Assembly: GCA_963796955.1 (NCBI GenBank)
Contig: CAWCNJ010000005.1
Span: 96,001 to 160,000 of the forward strand
Direction: 5' to 3'
DNA: 64,000 bases
Origin: Endomicrobiales bacterium
GTDB lineage: Bacteria > Elusimicrobiota > Endomicrobiia > Endomicrobiales > JALOBY01
Shown: positions 8,625 through 18,358 of the stretch, in pieces
Position numbering within the stretch: the first letter of the stretch is position 1
Layout: each line of letters opens with the position of its first letter
Program-made: the position numbers and the translations under genes
Notes under the pieces: model-generated
Told to the model about the DNA's origin: nothing
Databases searched by the model: none
What the model saw: the letters and a program-made list of their open reading frames with translations, nothing else

Positions 8625-9905
8625 ATGCTCGACATTAAGCTTATTCGTGATACTACTGATCTTGTCAAAAAATCCCTCGCTTCCCGCAACGCAACCATTA
8701 ACCTCGACGAACTACTTGAATATGACGCCCAGCGGCGCAAAGTTTTAACCGAACTCGAAGAAATTAAAGCCAAGCGCAATAAGATCTCTGAAGAGGTCGG
8801 CAAATATAAGCGCGAGAAAAAAGAAGTTCCAGCTGAGATAACTTCAGGCATTGAAGCCATGCGCGCCCAGATCGGCGATGGTGAAACGCGCGTTGCCGAA
8901 CTTGAGCATAAGATCGCGGATATTATGCTGCGCATCCCCAACCTGCCCGACGAGAGCGTTCCCGTCGGGAGATCTGCCGACGACAATAAGGTTGTCATGC
9001 AGACGCCACAACCGGCGGCGCCCGCCTTCAAGCCGCTGCCGCACTGGGAAGTGGGGGAGAAAATCGGCATCCTTGATTTCGAGACCGCCTCGAAAATTTC
9101 GGGCGCCCGGTTCGCGATGCTCAGGAACGAAGGCTGTGTGCTGGAACGAGCGATCATCTCTTTTTTCCTGGACACTCATCGCGGCCGCGGCTACAACGAA
9201 GTAATGACGCCCTATCTGGTGAACCGCGCCTCATTGCTGGGCACCGGTCAGCTGCCAAAATTCGAAGAAGACCTGTTCCGCTGCAAGGACGACGATTATT
9301 ATCTTATCCCTACCGCCGAAGTCCCCGTTACGAACATTCACCGCGGCGAGATGCTGGACGAAAAAGCGCTTCCCAAACACTATGTTTCTTACTCCGCCTG
9401 TTTCCGCCGGGAAGCCGGCTCTTACGGGAAAGATACCCGCGGTCTGATACGTAACCACCAGTTCAACAAAGTTGAGCTGGTAAAAATAGTTGCCCCTGAA
9501 ACTTCCATGATTGAGCTGGAAAAAATGACCGCTGATGCCGGCGAGGTTTTACGGATGCTCGGCCTGCCCTACCGCGTTATCGCGCTATGCACCGGCGACA
9601 TGGGCTTTGCTTCCTCAAAAACCTACGACCTGGAAGTGTGGATGCCCGCCGAAAAAGCCTGGAGGGAAATATCTTCCTGCTCCAACTGCAAAGATTTCCA
9701 GGCGCGCCGCATGGAAATGAAAGTAAAATTCACCGACAAACGTAAAGAGTTCGTTCATACGCTGAACGGCTCGGGTGTCGCTGTGGGCCGCACGTTCGCA
9801 GCCATACTGGAAAATTTTCAGCAGGCGGACGGGGCGGTAATTATCCCTGAAGTGTTGCGCCGTTATACCGGCTTTGATATGATACGGCCCCGGAGCGCCG
9901 CATAA
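8625..9905 (+). CDS. serS: Seryl-tRNA synthetase
   Basis: MLDIKLIR start, [52 protein letters not shown]. Confidence 0.98.
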   Translation: MLDIKLIRDTTDLVKKSLASRNATINLDELLEYDAQRRKVLTELEEIKAKRNKISEEVGKYKREKKEVPAEITSGIEAMRAQIGDGETRVAELEHKIADIMLRIPNLPDESVPVGRSADDNKVVMQTPQPAAPAFKPLPHWEVGEKIGILDFETASKISGARFAMLRNEGCVLERAIISFFLDTHRGRGYNEVMTPYLVNRASLLGTGQLPKFEEDLFRCKDDDYYLIPTAEVPVTNIHRGEMLDEKALPKHYVSYSACFRREAGSYGKDTRGLIRNHQFNKVELVKIVAPETSMIELEKMTADAGEVLRMLGLPYRVIALCTGDMGFASSKTYDLEVWMPAEKAWREISSCSNCKDFQARRMEMKVKFTDKRKEFVHTLNGSGVAVGRTFAAILENFQQADGAVIIPEVLRRYTGFDMIRPRSAA

Positions 9906-9943
9906 GATCCCTCTCCCGGGCCGGCCTGTCTATCGTTGGCTAT

Positions 9944-11509
9944 ATGAAACGACTTTTTTTGCTGTTCATATCGCTTGTACTGACGATCACCCTGCCGGCG
10001 GCGTTATGCGCGGGCGCAAATAACACTTCGACATCCCCGACGACCTTTTCAAAGGGCGTCAACGCTTACCTGACGGGCAACTACGATAACGCTATCGCGA
10101 ATTTTAACCAATGCCTCTCTGAAGATCCGCATATGGCCGCGGCGGAATACCTTCTGGGGCAGACTGCGTATGCGCAGGGCAAGACGGAGAAAGCCGCGGA
10201 GCATTATCAAAACGCACTGAAACTGGATTTTCAAATGGGGGAAGCAAGGATCAGGCTGGCGCGGCTGCTTTCCGACCAAAAGAAATACAGCGAAGCCAAC
10301 CGCCAATGGTATAAGATCCTTGCCGCCGACCCGGCCGACAAAGAAGCTCTCGCCGCGAAAAATACCCTTGATGCCATCGTAGGACAAAACGGAAAATACA
10401 CTCCCAGGCAGCCGGGGTCCGCGACCCCCATAGAGCACTCTTCCACAACCGTGAACACGGCACTGCTGAAAGTAGGGCTTGGTGAAGGCATTGCGAGAGT
10501 TGAACTATGGGCGCAAGACGGGTTGATGCTTTCTAACGGAACAACGTTTATCAGCGAAACAACGGGAACGGAATCTCTCACCGTAAATGCCACCTCGCCG
10601 TTCTTTCACAACAGCGCCTGCCTTTTTATTACAACAAAAACCGGTTCCAGCGGTATTGTGATCAAAGAGATCACTACTGCCGGCGCGCAGAGCGCAATGA
10701 CAATGGCCGGCAGGCAATACCGTGGGAAACTGCTGTTGCTTAAAGCGGCGAAGGGGATAACCCTGGTGAATGTCGTAACATACGAAGACTATCTGTATTC
10801 TGTATTACCATCTGAGATGTTGCCCTGGTGGCCGCAGGAAGCGTTGCGCGCCCAGGCGATCATCAGCCGGACGCAGGCGCTCTGCCGGGCACACGTGTTA
10901 AAACCGCACGCCGCTGCCGGTTATGATGTTTGCGCCTGTGCGCATTGCCTGAGCTACGACGGTATAACGGAAGAGGTCAAGACAGCCCATCAGGCGGTCG
11001 ACAGCTCCCGCGGTCTTATCCTTACAAAGAACGGGCAACCCTGCAACGCTCAGTACTGCGAAAATTGCGGAGGCTGTGAACTTTCAAAATACGTATCCAA
11101 CGGCGAAAGCCGATGGACCCGCGTAGTCACTCAAGAAGAGCTGTCCGGCCGGATCAACGCTATTATACCCGTCGGTTCTATCGTAAAGTTGGTCGCCGAC
11201 AAGACATCTGCCTCCGGCCACATAACACAGCTGACCGTAACCGGCACAAAGGATACCGTGATCCTGGATCATGAGTCGGAAATAAGATCCTTGGCACCCG
11301 GGGGTCTGCGCTCAACCAAATTTTCCATCGAGGCCTATGGCAAGGAGAAAGACCTGTCCCAACTGTTCATTTTCCATGGTCTCGGGTGGGGTTCCGGGCT
11401 CGGCCTGTGCCAGGCGGAAGTGGCAGCTCTTGCAGACAAAGGAATGTCGTGTCAAGATATCCTTGCCCATTTTTTTGCTGATATACAATTAAGCGATATA
11501 AACCAATAG
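9944..11509 (+). CDS. TPR-containing SpoIID/LytB-domain protein (putative lytic transglycosylase)
   Basis: Signal peptide, N-terminal TPRs, YRG..VNVV..EDYLYSVLPSEM..EALRAQAIISRT, GLGWGSGLGLCQ. Confidence 0.88.
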   Translation: MKRLFLLFISLVLTITLPAALCAGANNTSTSPTTFSKGVNAYLTGNYDNAIANFNQCLSEDPHMAAAEYLLGQTAYAQGKTEKAAEHYQNALKLDFQMGEARIRLARLLSDQKKYSEANRQWYKILAADPADKEALAAKNTLDAIVGQNGKYTPRQPGSATPIEHSSTTVNTALLKVGLGEGIARVELWAQDGLMLSNGTTFISETTGTESLTVNATSPFFHNSACLFITTKTGSSGIVIKEITTAGAQSAMTMAGRQYRGKLLLLKAAKGITLVNVVTYEDYLYSVLPSEMLPWWPQEALRAQAIISRTQALCRAHVLKPHAAAGYDVCACAHCLSYDGITEEVKTAHQAVDSSRGLILTKNGQPCNAQYCENCGGCELSKYVSNGESRWTRVVTQEELSGRINAIIPVGSIVKLVADKTSASGHITQLTVTGTKDTVILDHESEIRSLAPGGLRSTKFSIEAYGKEKDLSQLFIFHGLGWGSGLGLCQAEVAALADKGMSCQDILAHFFADIQLSDINQ

Positions 11510-11566
11510 AGCGACTCGTTGCAATTTAGCAAAACAGCCGGATTTTACAGTTATTTTATATTTCCA

Positions 11567-11595
11567 TTGACACCTTGTGGCGCGTAGGCTAAAAT
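11567..11595 (+). promoter_or_regulatory. Sigma70-type promoter of the TolC-RND operon
   Basis: TTGACA-17 bp-TAAAAT. Confidence 0.7.
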
Positions 11596-11606
11596 ATGTA
11601 TACCTT

Positions 11607-13013
11607 ATGATCCGACAATTTATGATCGTGCTCTGTTCGCTTGGAATATCTGTTTCTATTGCGCAGGCTGCCATTGACCGCGATATGTTCCTGGATACCT
11701 GTCTGAAAGTTGCCGAGGCCAGGGATCCAAAACTTCAGGTCGCCAAGCAGACCATCGAACTGGCGGGCACACGCGCCTTTCGTTCCGGACGAGCGTTTTT
11801 TCCCGCGGTCCAGCTGCAACGTTCGATAGAGAAAGGCGTTACCGCCTCGGGGCCGAATATCACCGCCGAGGAATATCAATCAGAGCAGATCGGCGTCAGG
11901 GTCTCCCAGCCGATCTTTGCGGGCGGCCGGTTCCGCTATACCCATAAATACGACCGCCTCTCGCAGGAAGTGGCGCAACTACAATATACAAAACTGCGGG
12001 AAGAACTGTTTTTCAGGATAAAATCCGCATACTATGAACTGCTGGCGGCCAGAGCTGAGTCAGATAAACTTAAAGATGCATTCACCGACATTCAGCGGCT
12101 CGGCGCGAAAAGTGAAATAGAATATCGCGCGAAGGCAATCTCGGCGCTGGACTTGGAGGAAGCAAAAATATTCCAGGACAAGGTTGAGGCGATGTATAAA
12201 AGCGCCGAACTCAACTCACGTCTTTCCGAGGAAAAGTTACGAGCGATGGTGCATATCAACAGCATCGGCGAGATCATTTATGAACTGCCGACCGACATTG
12301 CCGAGCCGCACGAAATATCGTTCGGTTTGAAAGAGTGCTTCGGTTTCGCTGTCACGAACAATCTGGACGTAAAGATCTCCGAACTGTTCGTGCAGATGAG
12401 CAGACAGAAAAAAAATGTCGACATAGCCCGGGTGCTTCCCAATTTGACCGCTGAAGGTTTTTACGGCAAAAGCGGCGATGCCTATGTAACCGATCCGCTG
12501 GAACTTTCAACGATCTGGACCGCGACGGCACACATAACCTGGGGACTCTGGGGTAATACGTTCGAGGCCACCCAAACACAATCCAAAACCGATCCCTCGG
12601 CTATTGTAGACGCCGGAACGAAGGTCAATGATAACATTCAGGAGCTTAAGCTGGGGCTGCTGGATGACACGAATTACTACGTCGACGCCAAGGAAGACAG
12701 TGTCAATTTCAGCGGAGCGCAGGCTGATAACCAGGAGACCGTTGACAAAGTACAGGTGGAACTGCACAAATCTTACAATGATTACCTCATCTCGCTCTTG
12801 AACGCGCAAACCTCCCGTCAGGAATCAGACTTGAAAGGCAAGAGGCTGTCTGTGCTGCGTAAAAGAAATGAAATGTACGAAGTTACGACGCTTGAAGTAA
12901 TGGACGGGATCGTCCGTCAGGCGGAAGCGATAGCGGCATACTCGAAGGCCCTTTCCGCAAATTATGTTGCAGTCGCGGAATTGGAGCGGATGACCCTGGT
13001 GCCTTTACGATAG
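11607..13013 (+). CDS. TolC-family outer membrane efflux protein
   Basis: Signal peptide from ATG 11607, two OEP-like halves (FFPAVQL..QPIFAGG; LPNLTAEG), upstream of MFP and RND genes. Confidence 0.85.
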   Translation: MIRQFMIVLCSLGISVSIAQAAIDRDMFLDTCLKVAEARDPKLQVAKQTIELAGTRAFRSGRAFFPAVQLQRSIEKGVTASGPNITAEEYQSEQIGVRVSQPIFAGGRFRYTHKYDRLSQEVAQLQYTKLREELFFRIKSAYYELLAARAESDKLKDAFTDIQRLGAKSEIEYRAKAISALDLEEAKIFQDKVEAMYKSAELNSRLSEEKLRAMVHINSIGEIIYELPTDIAEPHEISFGLKECFGFAVTNNLDVKISELFVQMSRQKKNVDIARVLPNLTAEGFYGKSGDAYVTDPLELSTIWTATAHITWGLWGNTFEATQTQSKTDPSAIVDAGTKVNDNIQELKLGLLDDTNYYVDAKEDSVNFSGAQADNQETVDKVQVELHKSYNDYLISLLNAQTSRQESDLKGKRLSVLRKRNEMYEVTTLEVMDGIVRQAEAIAAYSKALSANYVAVAELERMTLVPLR

Positions 13014-13048
13014 CACATAACTAATGTACCACCAAAGGACGGATTGTC

Positions 13049-14317
13049 ATGAGCAGGATCATTGAGATCATAGGCGATATCGGATTGAAGCTGGCAACGT
13101 TGCTCAGCAAGGTCATACCGGGACTGGACACATACATTGAAGATTTTGCGGGGTTGATCCGGTGGTCCTTTATCCTGCTTGTTGCCGCTGCCGTTGCGGG
13201 CGGCGGCTGGTTCGGCTGGCAGCATCTCCACGCAAAAAAAGCCGCGGTGGAAGAGGCGGCATCAACCCAGGTACGCGTGGAACGGGCCGTAAAGAAAACA
13301 TATACGGATACATACACCGTCATGGGCACTATTCGCGGGGCGACTGAAAACGAACTGCGCTTTGAGATCGAAGGGACGCTGCTGCACTACAACTTCGCCG
13401 AGGGCGCCAAGATAAGCAAGGGTGCCATCATCGCGCGCATGGATACCAAAGACTCTCTCAGCAAGGTCGCCTACGCGAAAGGGCGCTACAACAGCGAGAA
13501 ATCCACCTATTATTCCGCGGCACAGCGCAGCAAAGTGTATGAAGACCTCTTTAAAATGAACGCTATTTCCGAGACTAAATTACAGGATGCTCGTTTTGAG
13601 GCGGATTCAGCTCAGGAACGGATGAAGGCGGCTCTTTCCGAGTTTGAGCTGGCACAGAGCAATCTTTCCAAAACGAACCTTACGTCCCCCGGCGACGGGA
13701 TCCTGGCCGAAATATTGATCCAGGCGGGTGAATTTGTAACGCCGCACGACGTCGTCGCTAAATTCGTAAGCCAGGGTGATGCAAATTTCGAGGTCGACAT
13801 ACCGGAGAAAGACGTTTCAAAGATAAAGATCGGCTCAAAAGCGAAGATCACCTGCGACGCGTATAGCGGCAAAGAATTTTGGGGAACGGTGCGCGAAATA
13901 GCCCCCACGGTAAAAGAGAAAACGCGCACGACAGAGGTTAAGGTTAACGTGCCGAACGATGACGGAAAGCTGCGGTCCGGCATGTTCGCCCGCGGGGAAG
14001 TGGTGCTTTCCGAGACGTCGGATGCTATTTTGGTTCCGCCAGACAGCATCATTGCATTGGGCACGGATACAAAACTGGTGCCGATAGTTAAGCCAAGCGC
14101 TACCAAACAGGGCCAGGGTATCGTTGAACTGCGCCAGGTCACCATCGCGCAGACAACCGCAAAGGCCGCCGTTATATCTTCCGGCATTAAACCCGATGAA
14201 TTAGTGGTCGTCGAGACCCAGGGACAGCTTTCCGACGGACTGCCGGTGCAATTTACAGAAAACACGCCTGCCGAACCGACACCGGCAGCAGCGGGAACGA
14301 ACACCGCCGCACACTAA
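13049..14317 (+). CDS. RND efflux periplasmic adaptor (MFP) subunit
   Basis: TM anchor, lipoyl-like halves (LTSPGDG), DIPEKDV..G, LRSGMFAR. Confidence 0.92.
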   Translation: MSRIIEIIGDIGLKLATLLSKVIPGLDTYIEDFAGLIRWSFILLVAAAVAGGGWFGWQHLHAKKAAVEEAASTQVRVERAVKKTYTDTYTVMGTIRGATENELRFEIEGTLLHYNFAEGAKISKGAIIARMDTKDSLSKVAYAKGRYNSEKSTYYSAAQRSKVYEDLFKMNAISETKLQDARFEADSAQERMKAALSEFELAQSNLSKTNLTSPGDGILAEILIQAGEFVTPHDVVAKFVSQGDANFEVDIPEKDVSKIKIGSKAKITCDAYSGKEFWGTVREIAPTVKEKTRTTEVKVNVPNDDGKLRSGMFARGEVVLSETSDAILVPPDSIIALGTDTKLVPIVKPSATKQGQGIVELRQVTIAQTTAKAAVISSGIKPDELVVVETQGQLSDGLPVQFTENTPAEPTPAAAGTNTAAH

Positions 14318-14356
14318 TCCTTCACCGGATTCGATCTCAAAGAGCATCGAACCACC

Positions 14357-17300
14357 ATGATAAAACTCGGCATTAAAAAGCCTGTCACCACGCTGATGCT
14401 GGTGATCGCCATAGTTATCTTTGCAGCCGCCTGCCTTCCCCGTATACCGGTAGAACTATATCCTAATTATGAACTTGGGGAAGTAAGCGTTATAACCCGC
14501 CTCAGAGGCGGCATCGCCGCTACCGAAGTGGAAAGCAACGTAACCAGACCCATGGAATCGGCGTTCGCCGAGGTCAACGGGCTCAGGGAACTCTCATCAG
14601 CTTCCCGCGAATCAGAATCTAACATAGTCATGAAGTTCAAGCCCGGCGTTAACCTTAACTTCGCCGTTCTAGACGTGCGTGAAAAACTCGCCACTATCCG
14701 TTACCTGCTGCCCAAAGAAGTGGAACGCCCCACGATAGCCAAATTCCAACAGTCAGACTCCCCGATCGTTATTGTCGCCATGAGTTCCGATAAACACTCT
14801 CCTGAGCAACTGCGCCAGATCGCCGAGGATAAAGTAAAAGAGAAACTCGCCCGGGTCCCCGGAGTAGCCAACATAGAGGTCGGCGGCGGCCAGGAACGCA
14901 AAATACTAATAGATATAGATAATTCAAGGCTGCTGTCTTATAACCTGCCCATCATGAGCGTTGTAGACACCATCAACACTTCGAATATTTCTGTCACCGC
15001 CGGCGACGTGGAAAAAATGGGCGAACGGTTCGTCGTGAGAGCGACCGGCGAATACACCAGCATGTCGCAAATAGAGAACATGGGTATTGGTATCACGAAA
15101 TCCGGTTCCATTATCCGCCTGAAAGATATCGCCACGGTACGTGACAGCTTTTACGAGCCGACATCATTCGCCCGGCTGAACGTGAAACCGGTGGTCTCCC
15201 TGTACCTGCAGAAAGAATCTGCGGCGAACACCATTACCGTCGGAAGAAAAACACAGGAAGTGGTGGAAGCGCTGCGCAAGCAGTTCGCCGGCGAGTTTAA
15301 CGTTACGATCATAAAGAACGACGCTGAATTCATACAAAGCGCCATCGACTCCCTGGAAAGCTCGGTGCTGGAAGGCTCCGTCCTTATTATCGGTATCCTC
15401 CTGCTGTTCCTGAACAATTGGCGAACGATAGGCATAATCTCCACGACATTGCCCATCTCTCTTATGCTGGCCATCGTTCTCATGTACGCCTCCGGTCTCA
15501 CCTTTAACGTCATGACGCTTTCAGGCCTTGCCATGGGACTAGGGAACCTGATGGATAATGCCATACTTATCTTGTTGAACCTGGGATATCACGAAAAAAG
15601 GGGAAAATTCAACTCAGTCGAAGAATTAGTGATAAAGGGCACCGAAGAATTGGTAATGCCGATACTCGCTTCCACTATTTCGACGATAATAGTCTTCCTG
15701 CCTATCGTTTTTCTGGATGCCGAGATAAAACGTCTCTACGTGCCCTTTGGCCTGGCCATAGCCCTGTCGCTGATGGCTTCTTTTTTCGGCACCCTGACGT
15801 TCGTTCCCCCGCTTTGCATACGGGTAAAGAACGCTTTTCAATTCGATGTGCCCCGCTGGTACAAACCGGTTGCTAAAAAATACATTAAAATGCTGAACAT
15901 TGCCATGCGCCATCAAAAGAGCATTCTGCTGGCGACCGTGGTACTGTTCGTGCTTGCGGTAGTGATATTTATGACCAGGGACTCCGAATTCATTGAACCG
16001 GGACAGGCCAACACATTCCGCGTCGGCATACAGTTCCCGCCGGGCATGCGTATTGAAGTGACCAACGACATGGTAAAAAAGATAGAAAGTGCCCTTACCA
16101 AGTACCCGATGGTGGATCAGGTCTCCTCAAGAGTTGAGAAATTGCACACGTTCCTCGAGGTACGGGTAACCCGCGACAAAAAACCCTGCATGGACGCATT
16201 CAGAAAACGCTTTCCCGAATTTTCGCCAGCCTTTATGTATTACCAGGAATCCCAGGACAACGCGGGCGCTGAAATGCTGGTGGATTTCTACGGCTACGAC
16301 TACGCCATATTAAAACAACTTGCCTTCGCCGCCTCCGGCCGGATCTCGCAGACACCGGGCTTTACCGACGTGAAAATACGCATGCGCGAAGACGAGCCGG
16401 AAGTGAACTTCGTCGTTAATCAGGCGAATCTGGCACATTTCGGCATTTCTACGTTATATCTAGCGAACACCCTGCACAACCAGCTGCGAGGCCTGGTTGC
16501 CACGTATTACCGCACGGAAGGCAAGGAAATAGAAACGATCGCACGGTTAACACCGGGCACTATCGCCACCACACAGGACATACCGTTCGTACGTTTCGTC
16601 ACCCCTTTTGGGGATACCGTGGCCCTTAACCAATTGGGAGAATCGGCACAGGTCACCACGACGCAGGAAATATGGCATCTAAATAAAAAACGTTTTGTAC
16701 AGATCAGCGCCAACCGCAACAAGCTTGGTATGACAACCGCGGCCGAAAAGATAAAAGAAACCTTTAAAAGCATTAATTTCCCGAAAGACTATACGTACAA
16801 GATCTCGGGCGACTATGAGAAAACATTAAAAAGCCGCACCGATTTCACCATGGCCATGGCACTGACCGTCGTTTTGATCTATTTAACGCTGGCCTCGCTT
16901 TTTGAGTCGTACACCCAGCCGTTCCTGATCATGCTGGCCCTGCCGTTATCCATGATCGGTGTGTCTTTTATGCTCTACACCTTCAAAAAATCGGTAAGTC
17001 TCGGCGTGTGGATAGGCATGATGATTTTGGGTGGCACCGTCGTAAACTCCTCGATCATCCTTGTGGAAAAAATAAACCAGGTGCGCGAAGAAGGCTATGA
17101 ACTGCTGCACGCGATCATCCTTACCTGCCAAGAACGACTGCGCGCGGTTCTCATGTCTTCCCTTAACAACATCTTCGGCCTGATCCCGCTTGTGATTAGC
17201 ACCGACGACGCGGCAGAGATGTGGCGGTCGCTGGGCATGACGGTCATGGGCGGCATGATAACCGGGACATTCTTGACGCTGTTCATTGTCCCCATAACCT

Positions 17301-18358
17301 ATTACATCGTTGAAACGACCGTTAACCAGCCGGAATTCTGGACGGTAGCCTATCACGCAGAACGTCTCAGCGCGCGAAGAAAGACCGCGGCAGAACGAAA
17401 AGCGCTGAAGCCGGTGCCGTTACCGCCGCAACCGGAGCCGGTACTGGAACCAGCCATGGCGGCAGCCGAGAAAAAACCAGGTGTTTTCAAACGGTTTTTC
17501 CGTTTTATCAATATATTTGGACATCTGTACCGGCTGGGCACATGGGTATTTACCAGGAAAAAGCACGCTGACGAGCCAATTTCAACAGCCTTGATGATAC
17601 TGCCGCCGGTCACACCGGCAGCGGCTGCGGCGGCTGAACCGAGTGCGCCCGCCGAGCCGCTTGTCTCAATCGAGCCGAATATCTCTGTCGAACCGTCCGC
17701 CCCGACCGAGCCGATCGCAAGCCACGAGATCGTTATGACGCCTGAGCCAGTACCATCTATTGCGAATGCGCCGATTGCGGCGGAACCGGTAATATCTAAA
17801 ACGATGCCTGAAAATATTTCGAAGGCAAAACGAGGATTCTTCGGTTATATTTTGGAAGAAGTCCTGGGAATGAAACGCGAGACAAAACAGGCGAAACCTG
17901 CGACAACGCAACCAAGTGCGCCGGAATCGGTCGTGACGCCGCCAACAGAACCGCCACCATCTGGATCGGAGACAACTGAACTGACGTCTGCATCTGAGAC
18001 AGAGATGTCGCCGGCCGAACCGCAACACATTGAACTGAAACCGGAACCTGAGGCAGAACCGAAACCGCTCGAATTGAAGCCGAGCGAACCGGATCGTGTT
18101 GAGCAGAAGCCGGAACTCGCGGCTGAACCTGAACCGGTACCGGAAGCACACTCGGAACCAGCCACGGCTGAAGAGGCGATGGCGGCAAATAAAGCGAAAC
18201 ACAGCGCTGTTATAGGCCAGGGGATGTACGAGATCATTGAAGAAGACGAGACTGAAAAACCTGCCAAACGAGGATTCATGGAATATATTAAAGTTGAAAT
18301 GCTGGGCATGGCGCCCACGCCGACTATAAAAAAACGCAAAAAGAAGGAAACAGAATGA
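14357..18358 (+). CDS. AcrB/AcrD/AcrF-family RND permease with long Pro/Glu-rich C-terminal tail
   Basis: KPVTTLM start, VPGVANIEVGGG, NVMTLSGL..DNA, SLFES..PFLI, ERLRAVLM, then ~340 aa low-complexity tail. Confidence 0.93.
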   Translation: MIKLGIKKPVTTLMLVIAIVIFAAACLPRIPVELYPNYELGEVSVITRLRGGIAATEVESNVTRPMESAFAEVNGLRELSSASRESESNIVMKFKPGVNLNFAVLDVREKLATIRYLLPKEVERPTIAKFQQSDSPIVIVAMSSDKHSPEQLRQIAEDKVKEKLARVPGVANIEVGGGQERKILIDIDNSRLLSYNLPIMSVVDTINTSNISVTAGDVEKMGERFVVRATGEYTSMSQIENMGIGITKSGSIIRLKDIATVRDSFYEPTSFARLNVKPVVSLYLQKESAANTITVGRKTQEVVEALRKQFAGEFNVTIIKNDAEFIQSAIDSLESSVLEGSVLIIGILLLFLNNWRTIGIISTTLPISLMLAIVLMYASGLTFNVMTLSGLAMGLGNLMDNAILILLNLGYHEKRGKFNSVEELVIKGTEELVMPILASTISTIIVFLPIVFLDAEIKRLYVPFGLAIALSLMASFFGTLTFVPPLCIRVKNAFQFDVPRWYKPVAKKYIKMLNIAMRHQKSILLATVVLFVLAVVIFMTRDSEFIEPGQANTFRVGIQFPPGMRIEVTNDMVKKIESALTKYPMVDQVSSRVEKLHTFLEVRVTRDKKPCMDAFRKRFPEFSPAFMYYQESQDNAGAEMLVDFYGYDYAILKQLAFAASGRISQTPGFTDVKIRMREDEPEVNFVVNQANLAHFGISTLYLANTLHNQLRGLVATYYRTEGKEIETIARLTPGTIATTQDIPFVRFVTPFGDTVALNQLGESAQVTTTQEIWHLNKKRFVQISANRNKLGMTTAAEKIKETFKSINFPKDYTYKISGDYEKTLKSRTDFTMAMALTVVLIYLTLASLFESYTQPFLIMLALPLSMIGVSFMLYTFKKSVSLGVWIGMMILGGTVVNSSIILVEKINQVREEGYELLHAIILTCQERLRAVLMSSLNNIFGLIPLVISTDDAAEMWRSLGMTVMGGMITGTFLTLFIVPITYYIVETTVNQPEFWTVAYHAERLSARRKTAAERKALKPVPLPPQPEPVLEPAMAAAEKKPGVFKRFFRFINIFGHLYRLGTWVFTRKKHADEPISTALMILPPVTPAAAAAAEPSAPAEPLVSIEPNISVEPSAPTEPIASHEIVMTPEPVPSIANAPIAAEPVISKTMPENISKAKRGFFGYILEEVLGMKRETKQAKPATTQPSAPESVVTPPTEPPPSGSETTELTSASETEMSPAEPQHIELKPEPEAEPKPLELKPSEPDRVEQKPELAAEPEPVPEAHSEPATAEEAMAANKAKHSAVIGQGMYEIIEEDETEKPAKRGFMEYIKVEMLGMAPTPTIKKRKKKETE

